Origin: Candidatus Multivorans sp.
GTDB taxonomy: Bacteria > Acidobacteriota > Thermoanaerobaculia > Multivoradales > Multivoraceae
Length of the DNA stretch: 64,000 bases
Reading direction: 5' to 3'
NCBI GenBank assembly: GCA_965224025.1
Contig: OZ245033.1
Location: forward strand, 2,688,001 to 2,752,000
A model generated the notes under the pieces. The model saw nothing but the letters and a program-made list of their open reading frames with translations, was not told where the DNA came from and ran no database searches. A program made the position numbers and the translations under genes. Of the stretch, positions 37,746 through 47,674 are shown piece after piece; position 1 is the first letter of the stretch; each line of letters begins with the position of its first letter.

Positions 37746-39149
37746 GTGGCTCTCCGCACGTGCCTGGTACTGGTGGCGGCGCTTGCGGCCGCGACCGTCG
37801 CGGCCGCTGGTGATGGCGAAGCCCTGCCGCCGGACCTCCGCACCCGCACGGACGGCATCGACTGGCCGGGCTTCCTCGGACCGAACCGCGATTCGAAGTC
37901 GCCTGAGACGGGTATCCGCATCGATTGGACGAGCGGCCTGCCCCTGCTGTGGCATCTTGAACTGGGAGAGGGCTACGCGGCGCCCTCGGTAGCGAGGGGG
38001 CGGCTGTTCTTCTTCACCCGCGTTCGCGACCGGGCACGGCTGATCGCGGTCCGTTCCGAGACCGGCGAGGAACTCTGGCGCTCCGAGTACCGGACGGAGT
38101 ACGAGGACTCTTACGGCTACGACGGCGGGCCGCGCACTGCCCCCCTGATCGACGGTCCGCGGATCTACTCGGTGGGAGCGGACGGGTTCCTGCGCTGCCA
38201 CCGGGTTGCCGACGGCACCGTGCTCTGGGAGCGCGACGTGCACTCGGACTACGGCGTCCAGCAGAACTTCTTCGGTGTCGCCAGTTCGCCCTGGATCGAG
38301 GGCGATCTCCTGATCGTGGCGGTCGGCGGCAGCCCGTCCGGCGCGCCGAACATTCACAGCGGGCGTGTGAGGCCGAACGGCACCGCCCTCGTCGCCTTCG
38401 ACAAGCGGACGGGCGAGGAGCGCTACCGTCTCGGCGACGACCTGGTCAGCTACGCGAGCCCGGTGGTCAGAGTCATCGACGGCAAGCGCCGCGGCTTCCA
38501 CTTCGCTCGTTCCGGCCTGATCGTCTTCGACTCGAAGGACGGCCGGGAACTCGACGGCTTCCCTTGGCGGGCGCGCCGGCTGACCAGCGTGAATGCCGCG
38601 AACCCGCTGGTCGTCGGCGCCCAGGTGCTGCTCACCGAGTCGTACGAGAAGGGGGCGGTCCTGCTCACGTACAATGACGATCCAGAAGGCGACGACGCCC
38701 CGGAGGCGGACGCCAGCGGCCTCCGACCCGTGTGGCAGGACGGCCCGCGCAACCAGGCGATCGCGGCCCACTGGAACACGCCGGTCCACCACGAAGGCGT
38801 GATCTACGTCTCGAGCGGCGAGAAGTCGCCGAACGCGGAACTGCGGGCGGTGGACTTGGCCACGGGCGAGGTCCACTGGAGTCAGCCTCGCCTGGCGCGC
38901 ACCCAGTTGCTCCATGTCGACGGCCATCTGGTGGTGCAGAGCGAGGTCGGCGATCTGCTGCTGGTCCGCGCGACCGCGGAGAGTTACCAGCAGGTCGCTC
39001 ACCTGCGCCTCAAGGCTGAAGTCGACGGTCGGAGCGTCGATCTGTTGCGTTATCCGGCCTGGGCGGCGCCGGTTCTGGCGCACGGCGTGCTGTACGTGCG
39101 CGGCAGGGACCGTCTGGCCGCCCTCGAACTCATCCCGCCGCCGGAGTAG
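37746..39149 (+). CDS. PQQ-binding-like (BamB-like) beta-propeller repeat protein, secreted
   Basis: DWPGFLGPNRD, repeated TGEELW/DGTVLW/TGEVHW blades, WAAPVLAHGVLYVRG. Confidence 0.85.
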   Translation: MALRTCLVLVAALAAATVAAAGDGEALPPDLRTRTDGIDWPGFLGPNRDSKSPETGIRIDWTSGLPLLWHLELGEGYAAPSVARGRLFFFTRVRDRARLIAVRSETGEELWRSEYRTEYEDSYGYDGGPRTAPLIDGPRIYSVGADGFLRCHRVADGTVLWERDVHSDYGVQQNFFGVASSPWIEGDLLIVAVGGSPSGAPNIHSGRVRPNGTALVAFDKRTGEERYRLGDDLVSYASPVVRVIDGKRRGFHFARSGLIVFDSKDGRELDGFPWRARRLTSVNAANPLVVGAQVLLTESYEKGAVLLTYNDDPEGDDAPEADASGLRPVWQDGPRNQAIAAHWNTPVHHEGVIYVSSGEKSPNAELRAVDLATGEVHWSQPRLARTQLLHVDGHLVVQSEVGDLLLVRATAESYQQVAHLRLKAEVDGRSVDLLRYPAWAAPVLAHGVLYVRGRDRLAALELIPPPE

Positions 39150-39154
39150 ACGCC

Positions 39155-42100
39155 CTGGCTCGCGGCTCGATCCTCGTTTCCTGTTCGTCGGCCCGGAGGC
39201 TGGCTGCGGCGGCCGAGTGGCTGCGGAAGCGCCGGCACGGCGAGGAGGAGACGCTGCTGCTTGCGGCGTCGCGCGGTGCCGCCGACGACCTGGTTCGGGC
39301 GTTGTCGGAGACGGGTCGGGGGATGCTGGGCGTTCATCGCGCGTCGCTCGACCAGTGGGCGCTGCAGACCGCGGCGCTCGAGTTGGCCGCCCGTGGACTG
39401 CGGCCGGTCACCCCGCTCGGAACCGAGGCCATGGCGGCCCGGGTCGCCCGCTTGGCCGCGGCGCAAGGGGAGCTGGAGCGCCTGTCGCCGGTTGCCGACC
39501 TTCCCGGCTTCGCCCGCTCCCTGGCGGCCACGATCGGTGAGTTGCGCGCGGCAGGCGTTTCGCCCGGCGACCTGCTGGCTGTCGACGGAACGCACGATCT
39601 GGGCCGGATGCTCCACGGGTTCGACGACGAGATGACCCGTTTCGGGTTGGCGGATACGGCGACCGTGCTTCGCTCCGCCGTGGCGGTGGTGGACCGGGAG
39701 CAGGTCGCGGTTCCTCCGGGATCGCTGTGGCTCGACCTGCCGCTTCGAAACGCCAGCCAGGTCGCGCTCTTGCGGGCGCTCGCCGCGCGCTGCCGGGACG
39801 TGCTCGCGACCGTGGCCGCGGGCGATGACGAGACGCTGGAGTGGCTGGGGTCGCTGCTCAGTGATGGGGCGGTCGTCAGTCTGGACGAGGAGCGCTGGGA
39901 CGACGGCGGACTTCCCAGCGGGCAACGGTTGGACCGTGTCCAGCGCTTCGTCTTTGAGACCGGTGTGGACTCCTTGCCGCTTGACGGCACGCCGGATGCG
40001 GGCGAGACGCCCGCGTTCCATCCGCGCGCCCGCGGACGGACGCGCGGAGTGGTTCGCGGGTGGCGCGGGACCGGGCCACCCGGGTTTCCAGGCAGCGCCG
40101 CAGACGTGCCGGCCCGCTCTTCGGTCGACCTGTTCTCGGCGGCCGGCGAGGGCCAGGAGTGCGTCGAGATCGCCCGGCGCATTCACCGCGCCGCCGCCGG
40201 GGGGCTCGCCTTCGATCGCATGGCGATCCTGCTTCGCCAGCCAGCCGCCTACCTGCCCCTGGTGGAGGACGCACTCGGCCGCGCCCGCATCCCCGCCTAC
40301 GCCACCCGGGGCACGTTGCGCCCGAATCCGGCCGGCCGCGCCTTCCTGGCTCTGCTGGCGTGCGCGGGGGAGAGACTTTCGGCGAGCCGCTTCGCCGAGT
40401 ACCTGTCGCTCGGTCAGACCCCCGAGCCGGCGAAGGGCGGCGGACCGCCGCGGCGCGACGTGCCCTGGGTCGAGCCGGCGGGCGATCAAATCGTCCTGAA
40501 GTCGCCGGAGGCTGCGGGTGCGGCCTCGTCCGGCGCCCTCTCCGAGCAGGAAGGTCCAGCGGGCGCGGGTTCCCTGGTCGACCGGACCGGCGGCGGCGAA
40601 ACGCAGGAAGAAGCCGCGCCCGCCGGCGCGCTGCGCGTCCCCTCCCAGTGGGAGCGTCTGCTCGTCGATGCCGCCGTGGTCGGCGGCGCCGAACGCTGGA
40701 AGAAGCGGCTTGCCGGTCTCGGGGCGGAGTTCCGGCTGCAACTGCGTCAGGTCGACGACGAGGACCAAGGCCACAGGAGCTACCTGGAGCGACAGATCGG
40801 GCGCCTGGAGACTCTCCAGACGTTTGCGCTGCCCCTGATCGAGTTTCTCGACGCCCTGCCCAAGCGCGCGGACTGGGGATGGTGGCTCGAGCGTCTGCAG
40901 GAGCTGGCGACGATGGCGCTGCGCCGGCCGGAGACCGTGCTCGAGGTGCTTGCCGAGCTCCGACCGCTGGCGCAGGTAGACGAGGTGGGCTTGGCCGAGG
41001 TGGAGCGGATCCTGGGCGAGCGTCTGCGATTCAGCCTCAGCCGGCCGCCAAAGCGTCGGTTCGGCCGGGTCTTCGTCGGTGCTGTCGAGGAGGCGGCGGG
41101 ACGGAGCTTCGATCTGGTGTTCGTGCCGGGTTTGGCCGAGGGCGTGTTTCCGCGGCGGGCGAAAGAGGATCCGCTGCTGCTCGACGAACGCCGCCGGAGG
41201 CTGCGGCATGCGGGCTACCGGCTCGCCGAGGATCTGGGACGCACCCGGCGGGAGCAACTGCTGCTTCGCCTCGCCATCGGCGCCGCGAATCGTTGGCTGG
41301 TCGTGTCGTATCCCCGGGTCGACCTGGTGCGGGGGCGTGCCCGCGTGCCGTCGCTGTACGCGCTCGACGTGCTGCGCGGCGCCGAGGGGCGCCTGCCGGA
41401 CCTCGACGCGCTCGGCCGGCGCGCCGCGGCCGCCGGCGCCGCGGTGGTCGGCTGGCCGGCGCCCGCCGACCCCGACGACGCGGTCGACGAGGCCGAGTTC
41501 GATCTCGCCCTGCTGCAGCCGCTCCTGGGCCCCGGCGCCCCGGTTGCGGAACGCAGAGGACGGGCGCGTTTTCTCCTTGAGTCCAACCCGCACCTCAAGC
41601 GCGCCCTGCAGGCGCGCGGCCGGCGCTGGCGGCGACCCTGGTTCCCGGTCGACGGTCTGGTGGACGCGAGTGCCGAGGCGAGGGAAACGCTGGCCGCCCA
41701 GCGCATCGGCGCGCGCTCCTACTCGCCGACCGCCCTCCAGAACTACGCCGCCTGCCCCTACCGGTTCTTCCTGCAGGCGGTGCTCTACCTCAGGCCCCGG
41801 AAGGAGCTGGTTCAGCTCGAGCAGATGGACCCGATGACCCGGGGCGGCATCTTCCACGAGATCCAGTTCCGCCTGTTCGGCGCCCTGGAGGCGGTGGACC
41901 TGTTGCCGGTGGCGCCGAGCCGCCTGGAGACGGTCTTCGAGCTGCTGGACGAGGTGCTCGCCCAGAGCGAGGGCGACTACAGGGAGGAGCTCGCGCCGCC
42001 GATCGAGCGCGTATGGAGGGCGGAGTTCGAGGGCCTGCGGGCCGACCTGCGCGGCTGGTTGCGGCAGGTGGCGGACGAGGGCGGCCAGTGGAAGCCGATC

Positions 42101-42634
42101 CACGCCGAACTCTCCTTCGGCCTCAGGCGGTCCGGGGACCGGGATCCGCGCAGCAAGCGGGCGCCGGCGGAGGTGCTGGACGGGGCGCTGCTGCGCGGCT
42201 CGATCGACCTCGTCGAGGAGGATGCGGGCGGTCGGCTGCGGGTGACCGACCACAAGACGGGGCGCGCCGTTCACGCCGGCGGGGCTCTGGTGATCGGCGG
42301 CGGCAAGGTGCTGCAGCCGGTGCTCTACAGTCTGGCCGCCGAGCACGTGCTCGAGCGGGACGTGGTCTCGGGGCGGCTCTTCTACTGCACTCAGCGGGGC
42401 GGCTACAGCACGGTCGAGGTGCCGTTCGACGGGCGGAGCAGAGGCGCCGCCGACCGCCTGCTGAAGGCCGTGGACGGGGCGCTGGACGATGGCTTCCTGC
42501 CCGCGGCGCCGGGCAAGGACGAGTGCCGGTACTGCGACTACCGCCGGGTGTGCGGCCCGTACGAAGAGCTGCGGGTCGGGCGCAAGGACGGGACGCGGCT
42601 GCATGACCTGCAGGCGATTCGGAGGGAGCGGTGA
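39155..42634 (+). CDS. addB: AddB/RexB-like inactive helicase + PD-(D/E)XK nuclease with Fe-S cysteines
   Basis: PGLAEGVFP, SPTALQNYAACPYRFF, GSIDLVE, VTDHKTG, QPVLY, CRYCDYRRVC; frame is open upstream of TTG 39302 to CTG 39155 after GGAG. Confidence 0.85.
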   Translation: MARGSILVSCSSARRLAAAAEWLRKRRHGEEETLLLAASRGAADDLVRALSETGRGMLGVHRASLDQWALQTAALELAARGLRPVTPLGTEAMAARVARLAAAQGELERLSPVADLPGFARSLAATIGELRAAGVSPGDLLAVDGTHDLGRMLHGFDDEMTRFGLADTATVLRSAVAVVDREQVAVPPGSLWLDLPLRNASQVALLRALAARCRDVLATVAAGDDETLEWLGSLLSDGAVVSLDEERWDDGGLPSGQRLDRVQRFVFETGVDSLPLDGTPDAGETPAFHPRARGRTRGVVRGWRGTGPPGFPGSAADVPARSSVDLFSAAGEGQECVEIARRIHRAAAGGLAFDRMAILLRQPAAYLPLVEDALGRARIPAYATRGTLRPNPAGRAFLALLACAGERLSASRFAEYLSLGQTPEPAKGGGPPRRDVPWVEPAGDQIVLKSPEAAGAASSGALSEQEGPAGAGSLVDRTGGGETQEEAAPAGALRVPSQWERLLVDAAVVGGAERWKKRLAGLGAEFRLQLRQVDDEDQGHRSYLERQIGRLETLQTFALPLIEFLDALPKRADWGWWLERLQELATMALRRPETVLEVLAELRPLAQVDEVGLAEVERILGERLRFSLSRPPKRRFGRVFVGAVEEAAGRSFDLVFVPGLAEGVFPRRAKEDPLLLDERRRRLRHAGYRLAEDLGRTRREQLLLRLAIGAANRWLVVSYPRVDLVRGRARVPSLYALDVLRGAEGRLPDLDALGRRAAAAGAAVVGWPAPADPDDAVDEAEFDLALLQPLLGPGAPVAERRGRARFLLESNPHLKRALQARGRRWRRPWFPVDGLVDASAEARETLAAQRIGARSYSPTALQNYAACPYRFFLQAVLYLRPRKELVQLEQMDPMTRGGIFHEIQFRLFGALEAVDLLPVAPSRLETVFELLDEVLAQSEGDYREELAPPIERVWRAEFEGLRADLRGWLRQVADEGGQWKPIHAELSFGLRRSGDRDPRSKRAPAEVLDGALLRGSIDLVEEDAGGRLRVTDHKTGRAVHAGGALVIGGGKVLQPVLYSLAAEHVLERDVVSGRLFYCTQRGGYSTVEVPFDGRSRGAADRLLKAVDGALDDGFLPAAPGKDECRYCDYRRVCGPYEELRVGRKDGTRLHDLQAIRRER
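39992..40019 (-). repeat. REP-like palindrome inserted in frame within addB
   Basis: CCGGATGCGGGCGAGACGCCCGCGTTCC is the reverse complement of the copies at 6270 and 23889. Confidence 0.85.
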
Positions 42635-45600
42635 TGGCTTCCAGTCCGCGCGCCGGGGCCCCGCCGCCGGCCGACGAAGCGGCCCGTCGCCGCATCCGCG
42701 AGGCGCTGGACGAGAGCCAGTTGGTCGAGGCGGCTGCAGGTACCGGCAAGACGACCGTGTTGGTGGAGCGTCTGGTGGCGATCCTGGAGGAGGGCCGCGG
42801 CTCGGTCGACGCCTTGGCGGCAGTGACCTTCACCCGCAAGGCGGCCGGCGAACTCAAGCTGCGCCTGCGCCAGGCGCTCGACGCCCGTCTGATCGAGTTG
42901 CGTGCACGCGGTGCGGCCGGCGAGCGGACGGTGAACCTCGAAACCGCGATCTCCCGACTCGAACAGGCGGCCATCGGCACGATCCACTCCCTCTGCGCCG
43001 ACATCCTGCGCGAGCGCCCCGTCGAGGCCGGGGTCGATCCGGGGTTCGGTGAGCTGGCGGAAGACGAGGCGCCGCGCCTGTTCGCCCGCACGTTCGGACG
43101 CTGGATCGAAGAGCAGCTCGAGGCGATGCCGCTTGGCCTGAGGCGGGAACTGGCCCGCCTGACGGTGAGGCCGTGGTCGCCGCGGCAGTCGGCGCTCGAC
43201 CGGCTGCGCGAAGCGGCGTGGAGATTGGTCGACTGGCGCGACTTCGCGGCGCCCTGGCGGCGCCCCGACTTCGATCGGGAGACGGAGTTGGAGGAGCTCT
43301 CGGCCGGGGTCGAGCGGCTGGGAGAACTGGTCCTCCACGGCCGGCAGGGCGACGTGCTGCGCCGGAATCTTACGCCCGTCGTCGATCTGTCGAGCTGGAT
43401 CGTCCGCACCCGGCAACTGGACGTGGCGGGTCCCGGGCCGAATGGAGGTGATCGGGCAGACGGCCGGGAGGCGTTCCAGGACCAGTTGGAAGCCAGGCTC
43501 GTCAAGCTGTTGCGAGACCTGAGTGGGTTCAGGAGTCCGCGCAAGGGCCGGGGCGGTTTCGCGGAGGGCGTAGCCCGGGAACAGGTCTTCGAACTCTGGC
43601 GCCGGCTCCTGGAGCGACTGCGCCGCTTCGAGCAAACCGCGAATGGCGACCTGGCCGCATTGCTGAAGGATGAGCTATCGGGCGCCGTGCAGCGCTACGA
43701 GCACGCCAAGCGACTGCTCGGCAAGCTCGACTTCCACGATCTGCTGATCAAGGCCCGCGACCTGCTTCGCCGCGACCGGGAGGTGCGGCGCCACCTGCAG
43801 GCGCGCTACCGGCACCTGTTCATCGACGAGTTCCAGGATACGGATCCGCTCCAGGCCGAGATCCTGCTGCTGCTTTCGGCCGACGATCCGGACGAGGACG
43901 ACTGGCGGCAAGTGCAACCGGCGCCGGGCAAGCTCTTCGTGGTCGGCGATCCGAAACAGTCGATCTACCGGTTTCGCCGAGCGGACGTGGTCCTCTACCA
44001 GGACGTCAAGGAGATGCTCGCCGAGCGCGGCGTCGAGGTGCTGCAACTCACGACGAGCTTCCGGTCCGTGGCGCCGATCCAGCGGCTGGTGAATGCTGCC
44101 TTCGCGCCGTGCATGACCGGCGACCGGACCGCCGGCAGCGCCGACTACATCCCCCTCGGTGAGCACCGGCAGGCGATCCCCGGCCAACCCCAGGTCGTCG
44201 TGCTGCCGCCGCCGAAGCCCTACGGTTACCGCAACGTGACCCAGCGGGACATCGAGGCGTGCCAGCCCTACGCGACCGTCGAGTTCGTGCGCTGGTTGAT
44301 CCAGAACAGCGGCTGGAAAGTCGAGGTCCCCGATCCGGACAATCCGGGTCACTTCATTCGAACGCCGGTGCAGCCGCGGCACATCTGCCTGCTTTTCCGG
44401 CGCTTCCTGAGCTGGAACCAGGACACGGCCCGGGACTACGTCCGCGGCCTGGAGGCGCTCGGCATTCCGCACCTGCTGATCGGCGCCCGCTCCTTCCACG
44501 ACCGGGAGGAGGTGGAGGCGCTGCGATCGGCGTTGACGGCGGTGGAGTGGCCCGACGATCGTCTCTCCGTCTACGCGACGCTCCGCGGGTCCCTGTTCGC
44601 CTTCGACGACGATCTGCTGCTGCGCTTCAAGACGCGCTACGGGAACTGGCATCCCCTCTTCTCGCCGCGCCGGGCGCGGGAGCGCGGCGAGCCGCCGGAG
44701 GAGTTCGCCTCCCTGGTCGATGTCCTCGACTTCCTCGGCACGCTCCACCGCCGGCGGAACTACGTTCCCGTCGTGCAGACGGTGCAGGAGATTCTGGCCA
44801 AGCCACGCGCCCAGGCGGCGATGGCGCTGCGGCCGGCCGGCAACCAGGTGCTGGGCAACGCCCAGCGCGTGTGCGATCTCGCGCGGCGTTACGAGGTGGC
44901 CGGCGGCCGTTCGTTCCGTGGCTTCGTCGAACAATTGGATGAGGAGGCGGAACGGATCGGGGGCGCCCAGGCCCCGGTGGTCGAGGAGGACGCGGAGGGA
45001 GTCCGCGTGATGACCGTCCACACCGCGAAGGGGCTCGAGTTCCCGGTCGTCATCCTGGCGGATATGACGGCGAAGCTGTCGCGCGGCGCCGAGCGGACCG
45101 TACGCAGCCAGGACGAGCTCTGTGCAATGAAGCTGCTCGGACTCTCGCCCCAGGAACTGCTCGACGCCTCGGAAGTCGAGGACAAGAGAGAGGAAGCGGA
45201 AGGCATCCGCGTCGCGTACGTGGCCGCCACGCGGGCCCGGGACCTGCTCGTGGCGCCCGCGGTCGGCGACTTGAAGCGGCCGGGCTGGATCGAGTGCCTC
45301 AACGACGCCGTGTACCCGGGACCGGACTGTTGGCGTGGCTCGGCGCCGGCCGAGGGCTGTCCCGAGTTCGGCGACAGGTCCGTGGCGGTGCGTCCGTCGG
45401 ACTACGACCGCATGCCGGAGCGGTCCGTGAAGCCGGGCCGTTACCGGTTCCCGAAGGCGGCTGGAACGGACGGCGCGGCCGGCGATGGCCCCGAATACGA
45501 CGTCGTCTGGTGGGATGCGGACCTTCTGAACCAGGAGCCTCCGGCTACCTACGGCCTGCTGGGAGAGGATCTCCTGGTCGAGGGCGGCGGCGCCGCCGCC

Positions 45601-46278
45601 GATGCGAGTCGCGAGCGGTTCGAGAGGTGGCAAAGTCGCAACCGGGCACTGCTCGCGTCCGGCGGTCGTCCTTCCGTCCGGCCTGAAGCCGTTACCGACC
45701 TGGACTTCGAGCCGCCGGGGGTTGCCGCCGAGGTCGTGGTCGAGGAACTGGATCGTTCCCGCAAGCGCCCTGGGGGCGTCCGCTTCGGCAGCCTGGTGCA
45801 TACCGTGCTCCGGGATGCGCCTCTGGCCGGCGACCCGGCCCGGATCCGGGAGTTGGCCGGTCTGCACGGTTCGCTGCTCGCGGCGACCGAGGCGGAGATC
45901 GAGGCCGCGGTCACGGCAGTGGCGACCGCCCTCGCCAGTCCGGCGGCGAGCGCGGCGCGGGATTCACGGGTGCTGCGCGAGACCCCGTTTGTGCTGCCTT
46001 TGCCCGCTGCGGAAGCAGGCAGCGAAGACGGTGAGGATGGCTGCGGAATCGTCGAAGGGACGGTTGACCTCGCCTACCTGGACGAGGACGGCTGCTGGAT
46101 CGTCGTCGACTGGAAGACCGCTTGGGGCGATCTCGACGCGCCGGTTGGTGGTGGTGACGACGCCGGCGCCGAGGGTGTTCCGCGGGGCGACGCGTACCGC
46201 CGCCAGGTGCGGTGGTACTGCTATGCGTTGGAGCAACTGACCGGCGCCTCGGCGTCCGGTCGGCTGGTGCTCTTGTAG
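42631..46278 (+). CDS. addA: AddA-like UvrD helicase-nuclease
   Basis: AAAGTGKT, TFTRKAA, IDEFQDT, VGDPKQSIYRFR, MTVHTAKGLEF, YVAATRARD, GTVDL/VDWKT. Confidence 0.92.
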   Translation: MMASSPRAGAPPPADEAARRRIREALDESQLVEAAAGTGKTTVLVERLVAILEEGRGSVDALAAVTFTRKAAGELKLRLRQALDARLIELRARGAAGERTVNLETAISRLEQAAIGTIHSLCADILRERPVEAGVDPGFGELAEDEAPRLFARTFGRWIEEQLEAMPLGLRRELARLTVRPWSPRQSALDRLREAAWRLVDWRDFAAPWRRPDFDRETELEELSAGVERLGELVLHGRQGDVLRRNLTPVVDLSSWIVRTRQLDVAGPGPNGGDRADGREAFQDQLEARLVKLLRDLSGFRSPRKGRGGFAEGVAREQVFELWRRLLERLRRFEQTANGDLAALLKDELSGAVQRYEHAKRLLGKLDFHDLLIKARDLLRRDREVRRHLQARYRHLFIDEFQDTDPLQAEILLLLSADDPDEDDWRQVQPAPGKLFVVGDPKQSIYRFRRADVVLYQDVKEMLAERGVEVLQLTTSFRSVAPIQRLVNAAFAPCMTGDRTAGSADYIPLGEHRQAIPGQPQVVVLPPPKPYGYRNVTQRDIEACQPYATVEFVRWLIQNSGWKVEVPDPDNPGHFIRTPVQPRHICLLFRRFLSWNQDTARDYVRGLEALGIPHLLIGARSFHDREEVEALRSALTAVEWPDDRLSVYATLRGSLFAFDDDLLLRFKTRYGNWHPLFSPRRARERGEPPEEFASLVDVLDFLGTLHRRRNYVPVVQTVQEILAKPRAQAAMALRPAGNQVLGNAQRVCDLARRYEVAGGRSFRGFVEQLDEEAERIGGAQAPVVEEDAEGVRVMTVHTAKGLEFPVVILADMTAKLSRGAERTVRSQDELCAMKLLGLSPQELLDASEVEDKREEAEGIRVAYVAATRARDLLVAPAVGDLKRPGWIECLNDAVYPGPDCWRGSAPAEGCPEFGDRSVAVRPSDYDRMPERSVKPGRYRFPKAAGTDGAAGDGPEYDVVWWDADLLNQEPPATYGLLGEDLLVEGGGAAADASRERFERWQSRNRALLASGGRPSVRPEAVTDLDFEPPGVAAEVVVEELDRSRKRPGGVRFGSLVHTVLRDAPLAGDPARIRELAGLHGSLLAATEAEIEAAVTAVATALASPAASAARDSRVLRETPFVLPLPAAEAGSEDGEDGCGIVEGTVDLAYLDEDGCWIVVDWKTAWGDLDAPVGGGDDAGAEGVPRGDAYRRQVRWYCYALEQLTGASASGRLVLL

Positions 46279-46299
46279 CTGCGTGTTCCGCGCGAGGGC

Positions 46300-47670
46300 C
46301 TATAGCCAGCCTGTCGGAGCCGGTTCCGCCAGACGGGGTGAACCGCCAAGGAACCACTCGTAGGCGGGCTGAGCCTCGATCCTGCCCGGCGTTTCTGAAG
46401 GGAGGCCCGACCGCGTGAGTGTCAACAGCCGTTTGCGGGCGTTCGGAAACCGTCTCTCGGCGTCGGTCAGCGCCCGAAGCTCTCTGGACGCTGTGTCCCG
46501 GTCCGAGGCATCGGCGCAGACTTGGATGAGTGCCGTGTCGCCGCCCGGCGATCGAGCCAGGAAGTCCACTTCGTAGCCTTCTGGCGTTCGTACGTAGGTC
46601 ACCTCGCACCCTCGGCGCTCCAGTTCAATGAGGACGGCAGTCTCCAACGCATGCCCCAGATTGACTCGGCCACTGCGGTCGAACGCGGGAATCAGACCGG
46701 CATCAACTGGATATGCCTTGCGCGGGTTCACCATGCGTTGGCGTTCCGAGTCGGCCTCGATCCACACCGTTCGCACCAGGAAGCAGTCCTCCAGGTAGGC
46801 GAGGTACTCATGGACCGTGTCTCGGCTGATCGCAATTGCCTGCGCCTTGAGCCTGGCGTGGAACTTCTCGACGCTGAACAGAGACGCGGCGCTTGCCAGC
46901 ACGTGGCGGGCCAGCCAGCGCAATCCCGTCACGTTGCGGACGGCATACCGATCGATCACGTCGCGCAGGATGGCTACGTCGACGTAGTCCTGGAGGAGCT
47001 GTAGCCGGGACGCCGCCGGCAGTCCTTGAGCTTCCGGAAACCCTCCGGTGCCGAGCCACTTGCGGAAGATCGACTCCAGCCGGGTTGCCTCCGCTTCCGT
47101 GGCGGCGGACGGATCACGAGGTGGGACCATGCCCTGGTGCCGAAGAGCCTCCTCGAAGCTGAACGGGTAGATCGCGACCTTCCATCCGCGACCGCGCAAC
47201 TCCGTGGCGATCTCGCGGGAGAGCAGGGCGGCCGAGGATCCTGAGATGTAAAACTCGCTGCCCCGGGAGTCCAGCAGGCGCCTCAGCAGGCGCTCCCAGC
47301 CGGGCACCACCTGGATCTCGTCGAGCAGCCAGGCCTCGGCCGCGGCGTCCGCACTCTCCAGATAGCGGCTTGAGTACTCGTCGATCAGCGCGCCCAGGGA
47401 GAGGGCGTCCAGTCCGGCGAACCGCTCATCCTCGAGCCTCAGGAACGGTAGCCGCCATGGTGCGGTGCCTCCGGCCATCTTCTCGGCTCTCAACTGATGC
47501 AGGAACGTCGTCTTTCCCGCGCGTCGCATTCCGATGACGGAAGTGACTTTTCCCGGCAGCCGGACCTGGCCGAAAACGCGGCGTCTCGTGAAAGACGGAT
47601 CCGCGTCTTCCAGTCCGTCGGCGAGCTGGGCGTCGAAAGCGAGTCGGAGTCGGTCCAGATCCGGCGACAT
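46300..47670 (-). CDS. AAA_14 ATPase + DUF4143 protein
   Basis: GMRRAGKT, LLDEIQ, SGSS, GGFPE, KAYPVDAGL, YEVDF, LIQV; start MSPDLD after GGAG. Confidence 0.88.
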   Translation of the reverse strand: MSPDLDRLRLAFDAQLADGLEDADPSFTRRRVFGQVRLPGKVTSVIGMRRAGKTTFLHQLRAEKMAGGTAPWRLPFLRLEDERFAGLDALSLGALIDEYSSRYLESADAAAEAWLLDEIQVVPGWERLLRRLLDSRGSEFYISGSSAALLSREIATELRGRGWKVAIYPFSFEEALRHQGMVPPRDPSAATEAEATRLESIFRKWLGTGGFPEAQGLPAASRLQLLQDYVDVAILRDVIDRYAVRNVTGLRWLARHVLASAASLFSVEKFHARLKAQAIAISRDTVHEYLAYLEDCFLVRTVWIEADSERQRMVNPRKAYPVDAGLIPAFDRSGRVNLGHALETAVLIELERRGCEVTYVRTPEGYEVDFLARSPGGDTALIQVCADASDRDTASRELRALTDAERRFPNARKRLLTLTRSGLPSETPGRIEAQPAYEWFLGGSPRLAEPAPTGWL

Positions 47671-47674
47671 GGGG

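Noticed and set aside
39155-42634. Cas4 or other defence nuclease
   Set aside because: The Fe-S PD-(D/E)XK domain is fused to a helicase-like body and coupled to AddA, i.e. an ordinary AddAB repair pair.
39050-45867. Long minus-strand ORFs 39050-42604 and 43675-45867
   Set aside because: Antisense shadows of addB and addA.
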